Source of the DNA: a virus
Taxonomy: Duplodnaviria; Caudoviricetes
IMG/VR virus record: IMGVR_UViG_3300018018_000003
Location: 1,959-65,958 of that record
Length of the DNA stretch: 64,000 bases
Strand: one strand, 5' to 3'
Part shown: one piece after another, positions 38,298-48,517 of the stretch
Layout: each line of letters starts with the position of its first letter
Numbering within the stretch: the first letter of the stretch is position 1
Notes under the pieces: generated by a model
Seen by the model: only the letters and a program-made list of their open reading frames with translations
Databases searched by the model: none
What the model was told of the DNA's origin: nothing
Position numbers and translations under genes: made by a program

Positions 38298-40541
38298 TTA
38301 GTATTTATTTGGGATATTATAAGTCCTTTTCTTCAAATAATTATCAAGGGTGTATTCCTTCTCATCCAGTTTCTCCACTTCGTCATATATGTCTGCCGTG
38401 CCAAGAAGGGCATATCCCCCTGCCGTAAATAGGTCATAATTGGTCATGTCTTCCGGCCCATCAATATCCCTGCATTGCTCCAAAATCTCTATATGCGTCT
38501 CCTGTGAGGCTTCGTTCTCTATCCATGCATCAAACTCGCTGAAGATACTCTGTTTTATCTTCTCTCCCGTCTGCTCGCCGGGTGTCTTGCTGAACTCAAA
38601 TGTCCTCGGGTCAATCCTGTACCTGAGATAGCCTCCGTATCCCCTCTTCTCAAAGTAATCCCATAACAGAGGCACATTTATCTCGGGGAACATCTGAACT
38701 CCATAATAAATGCACATCATAAGCATATCCTCTGCATAGATGTCTTTGTCGTATGTGCGGTATGAATAGGTACATACAAACTTGCGCTTCATGGAAAAGT
38801 CGCCGTCTTTGATCTTACCCTTGCGGATCACCGCACCGCCTCCATTGGACTTGCGGTTGCTCTTTACAATATTGAATTTAAAAGGGTCTCCCCCTGCACA
38901 TCCCCATTGAGTGTTGCCTGGCATCCACGAGCCGTCTTCTTCGTTCCGGAATTTAAGATTAGCCTCGTAATCATTTAACTGATGGCTCACCCTGAACTTA
39001 CCCTGCGAGTTCTCCACAAAAAGAACTTTGGTGTCTCTCTTGTTGTTCTCCCAAACAAAATTACCGGTTACTATTGCCTGTTTTGTCAATGACAGGTTAT
39101 CAATATAAGTCTCCAGTTTATTCATATTGAATCCCGACGCCTTGGTGGATGTCCTGAAACACTCCGCAAATCTCAAGGGATAAAGCCTTATCTGTTCAGA
39201 CAACTTATCCTGATCGGCAGTATATGATGACCGTATGTTCAGAAGATATTCTCTTGCTCCTATCTTCCTGCCAATGAACTCTGCCTGCTTCTTATCAGGA
39301 GTCCCTATGATACTCATGCCATAAGGGTCAATGAAGTCCTCCAACCCGTCATCGGCAGACATAAATAGGTTTACAAGCCCTGATTTCGTCTGTCCATTGA
39401 GGTTGCGTTCATAATAGTTGCTCATCAGGCATTGCTCCCTGAATGCCCTGCCTCCTCCTTTCTCCATCTCACCAACCGTGGATGTCTTTATGGTGAATCC
39501 TATTATGCTTCCTCCTATGGCAAGACACTCCTTTACGACTGCATGGCGAGCCCAGCAGTCAAGCCCTTTCTTTAACTTTCCCACTTCATCGTCATGGTGG
39601 AAATAGAGCTTATCACCGTCATAGGCGGAGGGGTCTGCCATCTCATAATCTATCTTGGACTCCAGTCCCATCTCTGAATTAGACAATGCTCCCCGTGATG
39701 ATAGCCTTATTGCCGGAGGCGTAAATGACAGTTCTGTCTTTGGCGAAGTAGAGCCTTCATAATTAGGCTTAAAGAAGAACGGCAGTTGTTTCCATGGCCC
39801 CACAAGATGCTTTAGAAAACACTTGCGAGCCTGGACATCGTTCATAGACTGTATGCCTCCCCACGCCCCGAGTGTACGGCTTATAATTTCATAATTGATG
39901 CATTCAGCCTTATATGTGGCTCCCTCACGTCTGTGTTTGGGATAGTTGAATCCGTAGAATAGGCGATGACCGGTCTCTATCCATTCATATCTGCCCTTTG
40001 AGTCCTGTATGGCAAAGCCGTTCTCATCGCACCTGGGATACTTGGTTTCGGTATAAATCTTACGGGCAAAGAGGAAAAAACGCCTGTCCCTGTCACGGTA
40101 TTTCGGCAGTCCGACATCAATATGCCACCACCCGCAATAGAAATAATGCCATCCGTCAATATATGTAGGCACACCGTTATTATAGAACCAGTAGCCGTGA
40201 AGCCTCCTGTCCCATTGCAGTTTTATGAAGGCTATCTCCTCTTCATAAATATCCGCATGCTCTTCCAGTTCGTTCCATATATCATCAAGGGTCTCATATT
40301 TGGATTGGAGTTCTTTCAACCTCCGAGGAATCTTCGGTGGATGCCACATCTGATTCTCTGCAGGCAGTCCCCAATTATCTATCAGGTGAGGCTCTGGAGG
40401 GTCGGGCAATAATATCTCTATCGGGATTAAGTCTTTATCCCCGGTATTGACCCAGATACTCTTCTCCGCATCCTGATACTGTGCGAGTATGCGGGGATCA
40501 ATTTCTTTATAATAGCGTTTTAAAAGAGTTATGTTATTCAT
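38298..40541 (-). CDS. terL: terminase large subunit
   Basis: RR..G.WF.NNG.PTYI.G.HY, K.RR.GAT (Walker A), YDG.KL.....DE.GK (Walker B), G.DP nuclease motif, E.N, T..D. Confidence 0.92.
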   Translation of the reverse strand: MNNITLLKRYYKEIDPRILAQYQDAEKSIWVNTGDKDLIPIEILLPDPPEPHLIDNWGLPAENQMWHPPKIPRRLKELQSKYETLDDIWNELEEHADIYEEEIAFIKLQWDRRLHGYWFYNNGVPTYIDGWHYFYCGWWHIDVGLPKYRDRDRRFFLFARKIYTETKYPRCDENGFAIQDSKGRYEWIETGHRLFYGFNYPKHRREGATYKAECINYEIISRTLGAWGGIQSMNDVQARKCFLKHLVGPWKQLPFFFKPNYEGSTSPKTELSFTPPAIRLSSRGALSNSEMGLESKIDYEMADPSAYDGDKLYFHHDDEVGKLKKGLDCWARHAVVKECLAIGGSIIGFTIKTSTVGEMEKGGGRAFREQCLMSNYYERNLNGQTKSGLVNLFMSADDGLEDFIDPYGMSIIGTPDKKQAEFIGRKIGAREYLLNIRSSYTADQDKLSEQIRLYPLRFAECFRTSTKASGFNMNKLETYIDNLSLTKQAIVTGNFVWENNKRDTKVLFVENSQGKFRVSHQLNDYEANLKFRNEEDGSWMPGNTQWGCAGGDPFKFNIVKSNRKSNGGGAVIRKGKIKDGDFSMKRKFVCTYSYRTYDKDIYAEDMLMMCIYYGVQMFPEINVPLLWDYFEKRGYGGYLRYRIDPRTFEFSKTPGEQTGEKIKQSIFSEFDAWIENEASQETHIEILEQCRDIDGPEDMTNYDLFTAGGYALLGTADIYDEVEKLDEKEYTLDNYLKKRTYNIPNKY

Positions 40542-40542
40542 T

Positions 40543-41127
40543 TCAATTATGAATAAAGAGGGCTTTTGGAATCCTCACCGTTCTTAGTCCTGTCCTGCCA
40601 CACTCCCTTGCACACTCTTCTGCATAGGCACCATCAGCAGACACATGATTGTGTTTGAATCCCACTTTTTTTGCCACATCCATCCTGACAATAAAAGAAC
40701 CCATGTCAATCTTATTTTCTTTTATCTCCGTGTATAGTATTTCATATTGAAGGTAATTGTGAATCGTATTACAATAGACCATACCTACATCAGCCATGCA
40801 TTCTCCCAAAAAATACTCCACAAACCTTGCCACATACTGATTGTCGTCATTTGTCATAAGAACATAATCGTCATATTGTCCTTCTATTTTTTCAAGCATC
40901 ATCTTGCGATTAGAGTGCCCGAATCCCCCAATCCTCTCGCTTGTCTCATGGTAATCCACCTTCCCTGTTTCTGAATATAATGAGATTACTTTTTTTATTT
41001 CTTCCGATGCAGGACCGTCATGTATCACGTGGACAAGCCATCGTGCGTCTGTCTGTCTCATAAAAGAATCTATAAGCATCCTTAGCTCAATAGGTTTCTC
41101 GTATGCAACACAGATGACATGTAACAT
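40543..41127 (-). CDS. GT2-like glycosyltransferase
   Basis: HDG, G.GH..R, MTNDDN.Y, IDMG.F.V, ADG. Confidence 0.8.
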   Translation of the reverse strand: MLHVICVAYEKPIELRMLIDSFMRQTDARWLVHVIHDGPASEEIKKVISLYSETGKVDYHETSERIGGFGHSNRKMMLEKIEGQYDDYVLMTNDDNQYVARFVEYFLGECMADVGMVYCNTIHNYLQYEILYTEIKENKIDMGSFIVRMDVAKKVGFKHNHVSADGAYAEECARECGRTGLRTVRIPKALFIHN

Positions 41128-41128
41128 A

Positions 41129-41713
41129 TCAATTATGAATAAAGAGGCATTTAGGGATATAGGCTACTTCAAGGTTATTTGCCCTGCAGTAATTGGCGCA
41201 CTCCTCTGCATACATGCCATCGCCATTAAACTCAAAATGATTAAATCCTATCTTCCTTGCCACGTCAGACCGCACCATGAATGAACCAACGTCTATCCTG
41301 TCCACTTTTATCTCTGTCCGGAGTATGTCGTATTGAAAATGACTATGAACGGCATCACAATAAACGAATCCAGTCCTGTCATTACATACTTTAAGCATCA
41401 GCTCAACAAAAACAGGGACATAATAATTATCATCATTCGTCATCAATATAAAGTCCTGAACGTCCCCGTCTATACTGTCCAGATAGGCTTTTCGCATGGG
41501 ATGGCCGAATTGCTGCATCCTGTATGGTGTCTCATAGAAATTAACCCTTAAATCATTATACAGACCAACAACCTCATGTATTTTGTCACTTCCAATACCA
41601 TCATGCATTATGATGAGGTCCCATCGGGGGTCTGTCTGGACTAACAGACAGTCAATAAGGGTGCGCATTGATACTGGCCGCTCATAGGCGACTGACATAA
41701 AGTGTATTTTCAT
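41129..41713 (-). CDS. GT2-like glycosyltransferase, paralogue of 40543-41127
   Basis: same length (194 aa), same motifs, same LFIHN end. Confidence 0.8.
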   Translation of the reverse strand: MKIHFMSVAYERPVSMRTLIDCLLVQTDPRWDLIIMHDGIGSDKIHEVVGLYNDLRVNFYETPYRMQQFGHPMRKAYLDSIDGDVQDFILMTNDDNYYVPVFVELMLKVCNDRTGFVYCDAVHSHFQYDILRTEIKVDRIDVGSFMVRSDVARKIGFNHFEFNGDGMYAEECANYCRANNLEVAYIPKCLFIHN

Positions 41714-42534
41714 AATTCTTTTTTTAATGCTTTATTTATAGCTCTCTTAACGACTTCTGCATAATCGGAATATTCAAGTGCCGTCTTGTAATTCCAGTCT
41801 ATCGTGTTCAGCTTCCCGTAATAGATATGAGGAGTCAGATTATTACAGACTTCAATAATCTCATCAACGCTATTAACCCTAATGATACTGTCGACATCAA
41901 AAAACTTTGATATGTTTTTTGCACCCCAATAAATAGGATAAACCATTGAAATCAGAGGATCAATCAGTTTCTCGGTAAATAAATTATCTTTCTTAAAACA
42001 GTCTATCACGATATGAAACATATAATCCATCACAACCTTTTTCCCAAAATGATCCGGCGGTAGCGTTAGAACCTTACTCATATCCACTCCCTCAAGGGGC
42101 ATACGAGAGCCCACGTAGAAGAATCGTGGTATCTTTATCTCTTCCTGCCTTCTCCATAATTCATGTCTCAAGGCGTGTCCGGGGAAACAATTACGTGCAG
42201 AGAAGACGGACGATACTCCAAACGTCTTATTCGTTGAATCATTGGGTGGTACCCATGCAGGATAGCCGGGCATAAATATTGCCTGTGGCAGATGAAGTAA
42301 ATCCGGCTCTGCCGTCAATAGGTAATTAAAACAATCCTGATGGTTATTTATGAAATCAATGAACCTGCCATCGGGTTCTATCGTAGCAAATATGCGAATA
42401 GTGTCTTCCGGAATCGGCTTTTGAAAATTAATGAACTCATCTTCATAAACCAATTCTATCTCCTTATCCGTGTCAATCTCAATCACGGCATCCCTGATCT
42501 CATAGAAATCGGCATATACTTTTACTCTTCCCAT
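41710..42534 (-). CDS. GT10-like (alpha-1,3/4-fucosyltransferase-type) glycosyltransferase
   Basis: Y.F.I.I......N.FTEKLID......PIYWGA. Confidence 0.7.
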   Translation of the reverse strand: MGRVKVYADFYEIRDAVIEIDTDKEIELVYEDEFINFQKPIPEDTIRIFATIEPDGRFIDFINNHQDCFNYLLTAEPDLLHLPQAIFMPGYPAWVPPNDSTNKTFGVSSVFSARNCFPGHALRHELWRRQEEIKIPRFFYVGSRMPLEGVDMSKVLTLPPDHFGKKVVMDYMFHIVIDCFKKDNLFTEKLIDPLISMVYPIYWGAKNISKFFDVDSIIRVNSVDEIIEVCNNLTPHIYYGKLNTIDWNYKTALEYSDYAEVVKRAINKALKKEL

Positions 42535-43373
42535 ACAATATCAAATAATGGTTTTGCAAGGTTACAACCAAAAACAAATATATCGTGATGTGCTTGCATA
42601 CTCATCAGATAATGCCCACCCCATCCCCTTTCTTTGTTTATATCCGACATGCGGGTTTGATATTCCTCCATGCGCTTCATGTAATAGTCAAGATTCCAGA
42701 ATTTGTAATGCAATAATTTGTATTCTATGTTATTCAGGATGCGTATCCCATCCTTACTGCCATTTATATCCAAGGGATTTGACACGTGCGCCCCAGCCTG
42801 ATAACGCATCTCCCCAACCTGATCCGGACGAAAACAACACATCTTCCTTTCCGGATTATGAACTGCCCCTTTTTGTGAGTATTCAAAAGGATGCCCATCG
42901 GCATACAGGGGAGCTTCAAGGGAGCTCATATTATAACCATACGGATAAATGACATTCCATCCATTCATATACACATCTGTCAGGTCAAGATCAAATACTG
43001 CAATGCCATTAATCATCCGCGCCCGGGTGAATATCTCATCGAAGTCAATGACGATAACCCAATCAGCCTGCCCCCGCGCCTCCTTCCAACAATTATCTTT
43101 TATCTTTACATACAGGTCATCGCGAATCTGATTACCTGAATCATTTTCTCTTATCTCCACCCGGGAGTCCTTGCATAATAACTCCCTGCAACCATCAGTA
43201 GATTGATTGTCATAGATAACTATTCTTTCAGCCTCCTTATAAGCTGTGAGAAAGTGTTTGACAAATGGTGCCTCATTATAACAGAGGGCATATACCCAAA
43301 TCCTGTTGCGATATATCATTTTATTTTGTATTAACTCCATCAATTTGCTGTCCCCATCCAATGTGCTTGACAT
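42522..43373 (-). CDS. GT2-family glycosyltransferase
   Basis: YNEA.F...FL..Y, YDN.STDG, ADWVIV.D.DE, GAH, LLHYK; true start may be MIYRN. Confidence 0.8.
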   Translation of the reverse strand: MSSTLDGDSKLMELIQNKMIYRNRIWVYALCYNEAPFVKHFLTAYKEAERIVIYDNQSTDGCRELLCKDSRVEIRENDSGNQIRDDLYVKIKDNCWKEARGQADWVIVIDFDEIFTRARMINGIAVFDLDLTDVYMNGWNVIYPYGYNMSSLEAPLYADGHPFEYSQKGAVHNPERKMCCFRPDQVGEMRYQAGAHVSNPLDINGSKDGIRILNNIEYKLLHYKFWNLDYYMKRMEEYQTRMSDINKERGWGGHYLMSMQAHHDIFVFGCNLAKPLFDIVWEE

Positions 43374-44007
43374 AACCTCCCATCAGTATTGCCGCACGAA
43401 AACCCATCTCGAAATACTTTCGTCCTATGTGGCATTCCGTTAGTGCATTGAAATCCCCTTCCGCAATAAACTGTGCAAAAGGAGCAACTAACTTGTAGTC
43501 TGCCATCCTGCGTAACCCGGGATTCCATGTGAAGCCATGCCATGCACCTCCAAGCGCATTTAATGACATCAGTTGGTACATCACATCACCGACAGAATAA
43601 ACCTCCGGGTCAATCGGATGAGTATTGGTATCATAATGTTCCCTAAGCCATACTTGCATTATTTTGGGATTACTCTCAAGAATCTTTAATGACTGCTCCA
43701 TAAATCCTTCCCGGTAGAACTCCCAATCGTCCTCAAGATGAAAGGCGAATGGTGTTTTAACTTCTGCATAAGCCTTGTCAATACTCGCTATCTCTCCGAT
43801 ATTATTCTCATTGACAATAAATGTCAGCTTGTCTTTTTCAATGTTTGCCTCGCAGAGATTTCTAATATCATCTATGGCACACTTGCAGGCCGAATCTTCA
43901 ATGACGACATAGTGTTCGATAGGATAAGTGTTGAACTTCATAAAGCTCTCTATCGTGCGTTTGAAGAGGTGTGCCCTCCCGCACGAGATTATAACTACTG
44001 TTATCAT
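43321..44007 (-). CDS. GT2-family glycosyltransferase
   Basis: SCGR......T..SF, EDS, FHLEDDW, FTWNPGLRR..DY, V.HIG. Confidence 0.8.
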   Translation of the reverse strand: MITVVIISCGRAHLFKRTIESFMKFNTYPIEHYVVIEDSACKCAIDDIRNLCEANIEKDKLTFIVNENNIGEIASIDKAYAEVKTPFAFHLEDDWEFYREGFMEQSLKILESNPKIMQVWLREHYDTNTHPIDPEVYSVGDVMYQLMSLNALGGAWHGFTWNPGLRRMADYKLVAPFAQFIAEGDFNALTECHIGRKYFEMGFRAAILMGGYVKHIGWGQQIDGVNTK

Positions 44008-44594
44008 TTCATATTATTTTTAGCGTTTTCTAACATCTCCTCACGATAATCAAAATACTGTAATCTTAAATCAGAATAGCTTCCCCTTTGAAAGGCTATC
44101 ATCGGATAGCATATATAGCAATTCATCTGGCTGAGCCCTTCCCTGTAATACCATTCGTCAATCAGGTTATGACTGCCGGGGTTATAATGCCCTACAATGA
44201 ATTTCCTTGCCTTGCCACTGAATAATATGGCATGGGTAGTATGGACACCTCCCCTGATATGATATAGGTTTTCAGAATAACGTTCCGCGGAGGTCTTTAC
44301 GTTGCCTCCAAGATAAAACATATCAAAGTCTTCGGGTAGCTGGTCTATGGCTTTATTAAGTATCTCCAAGGCATCGGGTTCAAATATGACATCATCTTCA
44401 AAGACAAACCTGAATCCATCTCCGTCAACACATGCCAGGTGTGACCTTGAAAATCCCGCATTACCATCAAGTATTCCCGGGAACCTCTTAAAGTCTGTTA
44501 TTCCTATTTTTGGAAGTTCTTCCTGCACCTCATCCCATCGCTCGGGACGGGAATCGAGATTGATTACAATAGAGTCAAATGATTCAAGTCTCAT
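44004..44594 (-). CDS. GT25-family glycosyltransferase
   Basis: INLD.RP.RW, G...SH, FEDD, DM.YLG.N, TTHA, Q...YSD. Confidence 0.85.
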   Translation of the reverse strand: MRLESFDSIVINLDSRPERWDEVQEELPKIGITDFKRFPGILDGNAGFSRSHLACVDGDGFRFVFEDDVIFEPDALEILNKAIDQLPEDFDMFYLGGNVKTSAERYSENLYHIRGGVHTTHAILFSGKARKFIVGHYNPGSHNLIDEWYYREGLSQMNCYICYPMIAFQRGSYSDLRLQYFDYREEMLENAKNNMK

Positions 44595-45100
44595 GTCTGT
44601 GCTACTAATATGTCATTTGGAGCAAACCCATCCTCAAATGTTATTTTATATTTTGAGTTGATCTCCATTAACTTCTGTTTCACCGATTCAATAGATATTC
44701 CCCAATTCTCCCATATACGTATATCATCCATCAGTATTGTATGGGTCTTTACCGGATGCTGTTTTATGGCATCTAATTCTTGCAATAAAGATGAATGATG
44801 TTCACCTATCGCCGTATCATCACCCGAATAATGAGCATCAAGCCAAAAGGTAACTGGCTCGTTAATGTCTTTTAATATTTCTGGCAATACTTCCGATGCA
44901 TCCCCCTTATACAACCTTACTTGTAGTTCATCCTCAAATCTAAGACAGCAATTCTTATAAAATTTATAAGACAGTTCAATGGAATAAATATTTTTAAATC
45001 CGGCATCAAGTGCCCGTCTAATCCCATTGCCCACATGAGATCCTGTCTCAATAAAGATTGGATGCAGATACTTGCGGAATATTTCTATGGTTGCCGCCAT
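44591..45100 (-). CDS. SAM-dependent methyltransferase (putative glycan O-methyltransferase)
   Basis: FIETG...G.G, SIEL, GDS/A..LP, FWLDAH.SG, ILMDD.R. Confidence 0.75.
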   Translation of the reverse strand: MAATIEIFRKYLHPIFIETGSHVGNGIRRALDAGFKNIYSIELSYKFYKNCCLRFEDELQVRLYKGDASEVLPEILKDINEPVTFWLDAHYSGDDTAIGEHHSSLLQELDAIKQHPVKTHTILMDDIRIWENWGISIESVKQKLMEINSKYKITFEDGFAPNDILVAQT

Positions 45101-45101
45101 A

Positions 45102-45839
45102 TTACGTCTTTAAAAAACACATTCCATTGAAATAAAAATTGGCACAAGGTTGATGAAACCAGTAATCCGGTGCTATCACAATCTTGTTTTTGTTTTCATT
45201 CAGATATGAAGCCCACCACGAATAGGTGCTATTTGCTATGATATTATGTTCACAAAGGGACATCATAAAGAAGTCCTCATAGTCAATTCCGAAATCCATG
45301 AATACAATCCTTGGGTCTTTCAGGTTCTCATGGCACCACGGCAGGTCGTCAGAGAACACATAGATATGATTTATCTCCACCACATTATCTAAAAAGGCAA
45401 TAGCCTGATTATAATAATCCGCAGACGGGAGCGTACCGATGGGATTCCAGTTAAGAAAATCCCCATGCCGGACATGGATGGATGCACTGTTTTCCCATGA
45501 ATACCAATCGTGAATACGGGCTATGGCTTCCCTATTTGTAAAACAATACTTAATCTCATCAGAGTGGTTTTTGAAATATCTTTCATTCTGAAAATATCCT
45601 TCCAGACGCATCTCATCTCCAAACTTAATGGGCTGATATTCGCCAAAGACTTCTTTCCATATTAACTGCGGCTTCCATTCTTCGGGTAATGCAGGGATGT
45701 CTTTGCAAAAAATCTCACGCCAGGGAAACTCGCTATAATCCAACCGGAGTTCAGTATTGTTATCCAATGCCAAGGAATATGCTGCAGCAATCTGAAATAA
45801 GTTATTTCCTATCCCTCCCTCTATTTTGGCAGTAATCAT
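45102..45839 (-). CDS. GT11 alpha-1,2-fucosyltransferase-like protein
   Basis: GG.GN.LFQ.A, GYFQ.E.YF, SIHVR.GDF, FSDD..WC, C.HNIIANSTYSWW. Confidence 0.9.
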   Translation of the reverse strand: MITAKIEGGIGNNLFQIAAAYSLALDNNTELRLDYSEFPWREIFCKDIPALPEEWKPQLIWKEVFGEYQPIKFGDEMRLEGYFQNERYFKNHSDEIKYCFTNREAIARIHDWYSWENSASIHVRHGDFLNWNPIGTLPSADYYNQAIAFLDNVVEINHIYVFSDDLPWCHENLKDPRIVFMDFGIDYEDFFMMSLCEHNIIANSTYSWWASYLNENKNKIVIAPDYWFHQPCANFYFNGMCFLKT

Positions 45840-46621
45840 TGGAAGATATAATTTAAGTCATTACAGAGATAGTTCTGGGAAGACATGATATCATCCCGAA
45901 ACTCATGCAACCGTTCTCCTTCGCGGATGCTCGTTATCTTAATCTCCGACTCTTCATTCCCATACCTGTTGATAAATTCCATTGCAATATCATAAAGACG
46001 GAATGACTTCATTGGTATGGTATGTACTCCCGGAACTCCCTGCCTGTTGATGATAAATTGCACAAGGTCTTTTTGTGAAATAAAAAACCGCGTCATCTCT
46101 TTCGAGGTAAGACTGATGAGATTAGAAGTCTCAAGCTGTCGTTTCCATATCGGCAGAACACTCCCTGATGACCATAACACATTACCGCTTCGTATTGCAG
46201 TAAATCCCGCCCTAACAACCATGTCCTCCCCAATTCGTTTTGTCAGACCATAGGTATTACAGGGATTGATTGCCTTGTCTGAGCTCATACTCACAAGCCC
46301 ACACCTGTTCCTTTCACATGCGCGGACTACATTCAATGTGCCAATAACATTAGTCTTTACGGCTTCCTGTGGCTGGTCTTCGCATATATCAACATGTTTT
46401 ACGGCTGCAAGATGAAACACCTGATTCACTCCCACCGTGGCTTTGAGAATATCATCATAATCCCTAACATCCCCGATAATATAATCCGCATTCGGATATT
46501 CCTGTTTCATCAACACCTGCGCGTATTCATTACGTGAGAAGATAATAACATCCTGTCCGGTTAGTTGCCGGACAAGTTCTTTTCCTATTGTTCCTGTACC
46601 TCCGGTAATTAAGACTCTCAT
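45836..46621 (-). CDS. nucleotide-sugar 4,6-dehydratase (CapD/PseB, Polysacc_synt_2 family)
   Basis: TGGTGTIG, GDVRD, HLAA.KHV, S.DKA..P.N.YG.TK, R.GNV..S.GSV.P, MTRF, R.GE.LHE. Confidence 0.9.
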   Translation of the reverse strand: MRVLITGGTGTIGKELVRQLTGQDVIIFSRNEYAQVLMKQEYPNADYIIGDVRDYDDILKATVGVNQVFHLAAVKHVDICEDQPQEAVKTNVIGTLNVVRACERNRCGLVSMSSDKAINPCNTYGLTKRIGEDMVVRAGFTAIRSGNVLWSSGSVLPIWKRQLETSNLISLTSKEMTRFFISQKDLVQFIINRQGVPGVHTIPMKSFRLYDIAMEFINRYGNEESEIKITSIREGERLHEFRDDIMSSQNYLCNDLNYIFQ

Positions 46622-47265
46622 TTTTTTATTCTTTTATAGTAAGCGTCGCCCCAATGAACCGACTCATGCTTGGTTGCCATAATCTTATCAAAGCCTAAAT
46701 CAAAAAGGTATTTATCAAAGTCATCAACAAGCATACAGTCTTCGTATAACTCTTTGTAGTTTATCTCGGCAATAATGTAATCTATCTTGTTTATGTTCTT
46801 CTCAAAGCCCTTTAATGCATAATATTCTGTCCCCTGTAAGTCCATAAAAAGGAAGTTATATCTGGACATGTCTATCATGCCTTCTTCTATAAGCGTATCC
46901 ATCTTTCTTCCCTTAACTGTTATTCTGTCTGTGATGAGTACAGTAGGATAAACTTCAGAATGTAATTTAAAAGGAAGTAATGAGCTGCTTTGCCCTTCAT
47001 TATTCGTCAGTATAAAAGGGAACTCCCCGTCCTGATCGCAGATTGCGACATTTATCGTAACGTCCTCTGCCGGGACGTTCGCCCGTAATCTATGATACGT
47101 TATGGGATTAGCCTCAATCCAACACCTGTTTTTTACTCCATACTTATCATATAACTGCCATGAGTTGCCGATCCATGCCCCAATCTCAATAATACCATGG
47201 GGTTTTGCATCTTGCAAAATCTCATCCATATCCAAATCCTGATTTAATAAAATATCTTTAATCAT
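46618..47265 (-). CDS. FkbM-family methyltransferase
   Basis: IGA..G, W.EANP, N.GQSSSLL, D.QG.E...LKG, E.N..ELY, WGDA.Y. Confidence 0.85.
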   Translation of the reverse strand: MIKDILLNQDLDMDEILQDAKPHGIIEIGAWIGNSWQLYDKYGVKNRCWIEANPITYHRLRANVPAEDVTINVAICDQDGEFPFILTNNEGQSSSLLPFKLHSEVYPTVLITDRITVKGRKMDTLIEEGMIDMSRYNFLFMDLQGTEYYALKGFEKNINKIDYIIAEINYKELYEDCMLVDDFDKYLFDLGFDKIMATKHESVHWGDAYYKRIKK

Positions 47266-47891
47266 TTTGTCTTTTCATATCTGATTTTAAAAGGCGTATT
47301 TGTCGCTTCGAGAAACTCATTGGAATACTGGCCTCCCTCACACATACATATCCATTGTTCGGCCTTCCATCTCTCTGTGTGATCAAGGGTGTCGAGCCTC
47401 GGGAGCCTGTCTACATATCTCCTGTTAAACCACCAAAAGTTGCCATTATAATGAGCCGGAGAATGCATCCTGTTCACTGATGATGCTCCCCATGCGTGTT
47501 CCACCATGTGTCTATGCCCCTTCCATCTGTTAAGGATTGACTCATTAAGCCATGCACGGAGATTATTTTGTGCCACATCATCAGGTCTTGTGACGGCCTT
47601 CGTGTGAAAATAAAACCCCACATAGTCTGACTTATCTTCCTCAATAAGTCTCAGGGTCAGAAACTCATATTCAAGAGGGTCTTCAGAATAGGCTTCTATT
47701 CGTAACTTTGGATATATGTCAACAAAAAACTTTTGAAGGAGATTAGTTTGTAATGGAGTGCCAATACATCCAATGTTTATCTCATCACATTCATCATAAA
47801 GCCCTGATGTAAGGAGTATGCGAATCTGATCGGTAACTATTGAGAACCAATGATTGATCATGTAAATATGCCAAAAACCCTTAACTATCAT
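47262..47891 (-). CDS. putative glycosyltransferase-like protein
   Basis: YE..TL, Y.HTK.V, HY.GNFWW, E.WI; a family I recall from viral glycan clusters. Confidence 0.5.
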   Translation of the reverse strand: MIVKGFWHIYMINHWFSIVTDQIRILLTSGLYDECDEINIGCIGTPLQTNLLQKFFVDIYPKLRIEAYSEDPLEYEFLTLRLIEEDKSDYVGFYFHTKAVTRPDDVAQNNLRAWLNESILNRWKGHRHMVEHAWGASSVNRMHSPAHYNGNFWWFNRRYVDRLPRLDTLDHTERWKAEQWICMCEGGQYSNEFLEATNTPFKIRYEKTK

Positions 47892-48517
47892 ATAGGTTTT
47901 TCTCCGTTTTGAATCTTCCTCGCAATATCCTCCGGCCTCAACTGCAACCTCTCATCCTCGAGATATTTTAACATAGTGTCTTTTACATAAGAGTTATTAT
48001 CCTGTCCTAAAAGCTCCATGAGGTTATTTTCAAGTTCATCCCTGAGCTCTGCTAGTTTTGCAAGGCTCTTTGAGTCCGTAACTCCCGACTGTACCTCAAG
48101 CATGAGATTAAAATAAGCACTCTCAATGCTTATCTGATAACTATACTTATACGACCTGTGAAGCATCACATACTGGACAATCTTCCTATTCACAATCTCA
48201 TTCTTGCCCTTTAAAAAGTCTTCTACCACGGAATCAAAGACACCTCCCTCTCCTGTCTTAAACTCGCAGTCATGGGCTACCTCAATCTTTCTCTTGAGGA
48301 CATCAGTGAATTTTGTCCTATAAGGCGAATGGGCATCGTACATACACATCACGTATTGCATGACCTTCGTGTTATCAAGATCCTCCCCGGGATTTGCCCT
48401 GAACTCTTTTATCTTGCCGAGATCTTTGTAAAATTTTAAAATATCTTCTCCGCCCTGAACCTTTGTGGGATCAAAGCGCATCTGAATGTATTCCTTTGCA
48501 TGAAACGATAAAATCAT
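47888..48517 (-). CDS. conserved helical protein, candidate terminase small subunit
   Basis: Y..CMYD..SPY, RK; first non-glycan gene upstream of terL; the TerS call is positional only. Confidence 0.4.
   Translation of the reverse strand: MILSFHAKEYIQMRFDPTKVQGGEDILKFYKDLGKIKEFRANPGEDLDNTKVMQYVMCMYDAHSPYRTKFTDVLKRKIEVAHDCEFKTGEGGVFDSVVEDFLKGKNEIVNRKIVQYVMLHRSYKYSYQISIESAYFNLMLEVQSGVTDSKSLAKLAELRDELENNLMELLGQDNNSYVKDTMLKYLEDERLQLRPEDIARKIQNGEKPI

Noticed and set aside
38298-40541. Intein or intron in terminase (also checked primase-helicase)
   Set aside because: Lengths are ordinary and I saw no intein splice motifs or frame breaks. The HN endings of the two GT2 paralogues are ordinary C-termini.
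40543-47891. Host chromosomal capsule locus, i.e. a prophage boundary or chimeric contig
   Set aside because: The genes are compact, translationally coupled to phage genes at both ends, and lack wzx/wzy or other transport genes.
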